64,000 nt of DNA from an uncultured Spirochaetaceae bacterium (lineage in GTDB: Bacteria > Spirochaetota > Spirochaetia > DSM-27196 > SKKC01). Below the pieces are notes generated by a model that was not told the origin of the DNA, did not search any database, and saw only the letters and a program-made list of their open reading frames with translations. Shown piece by piece: positions 63,268 through 64,000 of this stretch. Location: contig CAZMEV010000001.1 in assembly GCA_964565375.1 (NCBI GenBank), positions 1,638 through 65,637 on the forward strand, given 5' to 3'. Position 1 is the stretch's first letter. Each line of letters starts with the position of its first letter. A program made the translations under genes and the position numbers.

Positions 63268-64000
63268 CTAATCCCAGTGGGATCTCAGCCACATCTCCAG
63301 CGAAAGGGTCGACCAGAGATCGAACCGCGGCATGTCACCGTTGACGAAGCGGTTAAACTGTTCGGTAAGTGCCGCTTCATCGACATAGCCGAGCGCTGCG
63401 CATCGGCTGTCGGTGATCAATTCGCGCACCTTCTCCCGTGCCTCGAAGCGAAGGGTGTGCAGGTAGTGCGGTTCGGGGGAAACCTTGTCGGCGGCAAGCC
63501 GGGCTTCCTCCGGCATGATTCCGGTCCCCGCGCGTTTTGCCAGGCGCTTCACTTCGAGCGCGCGATCGACTATGTGCTGGGGACATGCGAGAATAAACTC
63601 GGCTATGCGCCTGTCGCTCCACGGGTCGGCGAATCCCATTCCGGATTCCGCGGTAAGTCGTTCCGTATAGGCGACGCCGCGGGTCACCAGGGGGGAGTAG
63701 ATGTGAATATAGCGATTCCGGGCGTCCGACCGGGGCCAGACATCGGCGCGCACACGCACCGGATCACGATCGGGAAGCCCTGCCCGGGCGAGAAAAGATC
63801 GTCTTACGTGACAGGCCGCCCTCGCCTGAGGTCCGGAGAATCGTCCGTTTCGAAGTGCTATAGCTATCTCCCTCGGAACGAGGTCCGATAATGCGGGTCG
63901 GAGAAGATAACGCAGGAACGAAGTAGTGCGGCGTTCGTTGAATATCCGTGACAACTCGTTGAGCTCGCGAACCGTATCACGTACGTGCCCGCTCCTAAGA
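63268..64000 (-). CDS. Asparagine-synthetase-like lasso cyclase, C-terminal part; 5' end is outside the window
   Basis: The frame stays open to nt 64000, beyond the TTG used by the ORF track. The tail GFADPWSDRRIAEFILACPQH...KRLAKRAGTGIMPEE matches the conserved C-terminal region of AsnB-type/lasso macrolactam synthetases. Confidence 0.75.
   Translation of the reverse strand, partial: LRSGHVRDTVRELNELSRIFNERRTTSFLRYLLRPALSDLVPREIAIALRNGRFSGPQARAACHVRRSFLARAGLPDRDPVRVRADVWPRSDARNRYIHIYSPLVTRGVAYTERLTAESGMGFADPWSDRRIAEFILACPQHIVDRALEVKRLAKRAGTGIMPEEARLAADKVSPEPHYLHTLRFEAREKVRELITDSRCAALGYVDEAALTEQFNRFVNGDMPRFDLWSTLSLEMWLRSHWD

Noticed and set aside
1-64000. Search for CRISPR arrays, tRNA/rRNA genes, IS elements, integrases and prophage genes
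   Set aside because: I saw no regularly spaced direct repeats, no cloverleaf-like or rRNA-like segments in the few intergenic gaps, and no transposase, integrase or phage-like translations. This was by-eye inspection only, so small ncRNAs cannot be excluded.

Overview
This is a 64-kb, high-GC (about 60% by eye), densely coding bacterial chromosomal window. I found no rRNA, tRNA, CRISPR array, transposase or integrase by reading it. Many products carry lipobox-type signal peptides, and adjacent genes often overlap by 4 nt (ATGA). The phylum cannot be determined from the sequence alone.

Left third (1-18.8 kb), ordinary envelope, stress and osmoadaptation genes:
- sugar-isomerase fragment and an inositol-dehydrogenase-like oxidoreductase
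- ABC-2 exporter pair
- PBP5-type DD-carboxypeptidase
- Fe/Mn superoxide dismutase
- small secreted YD-repeat protein
- OmpR/histidine-kinase pair
- treY-treZ
- cation/H+ antiporter, translationally coupled to an orphan SPPY DNA methyltransferase
- MFS transporter

Centre (18.8-44.9 kb), the most unusual part:
- An 8-gene minus-strand envelope operon encodes a TPR lipoprotein, a lipoprotein, TolC, a lipoprotein adaptor whose signal peptide carries a 39-bp tandem repeat, two Ig-like (SbsA/Big_5-type) lipoproteins and two tandem RND permeases.
- It lies divergently against a single 11.8-kb ORF. That ORF encodes a ~3,947-aa secreted, acidic, helix-rich giant protein. Its C-terminus carries a Gly-zipper-like hydrophobic region and a papain-fold Cys/His domain.
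- A small secreted ORF follows the giant gene 11 nt downstream.

Right third (45-64 kb):
- HDAC-family deacetylase, a lipoprotein, an RRM RNA-binding protein and a small bipolar-charge ORF
- a second TolC-MFP-RND operon with a PII-like rider gene
- a tightly coupled minus-strand block that reads as a lasso-peptide (RiPP) cluster

The lasso block contains a partial Asn-synthetase-like cyclase, a precursor ORF matching the YxxPxLx3Gx5Tx leader motif exactly, and a phosphoribosyltransferase-PqqD fusion. It continues with an HPr-kinase-like kinase, an ABC exporter and a nucleotidyltransferase. It then runs straight into a PtsI-like PEP-utilising enzyme and a tandem HD phosphohydrolase.

All family calls rest on motifs I read in the translations. 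No database search was possible.
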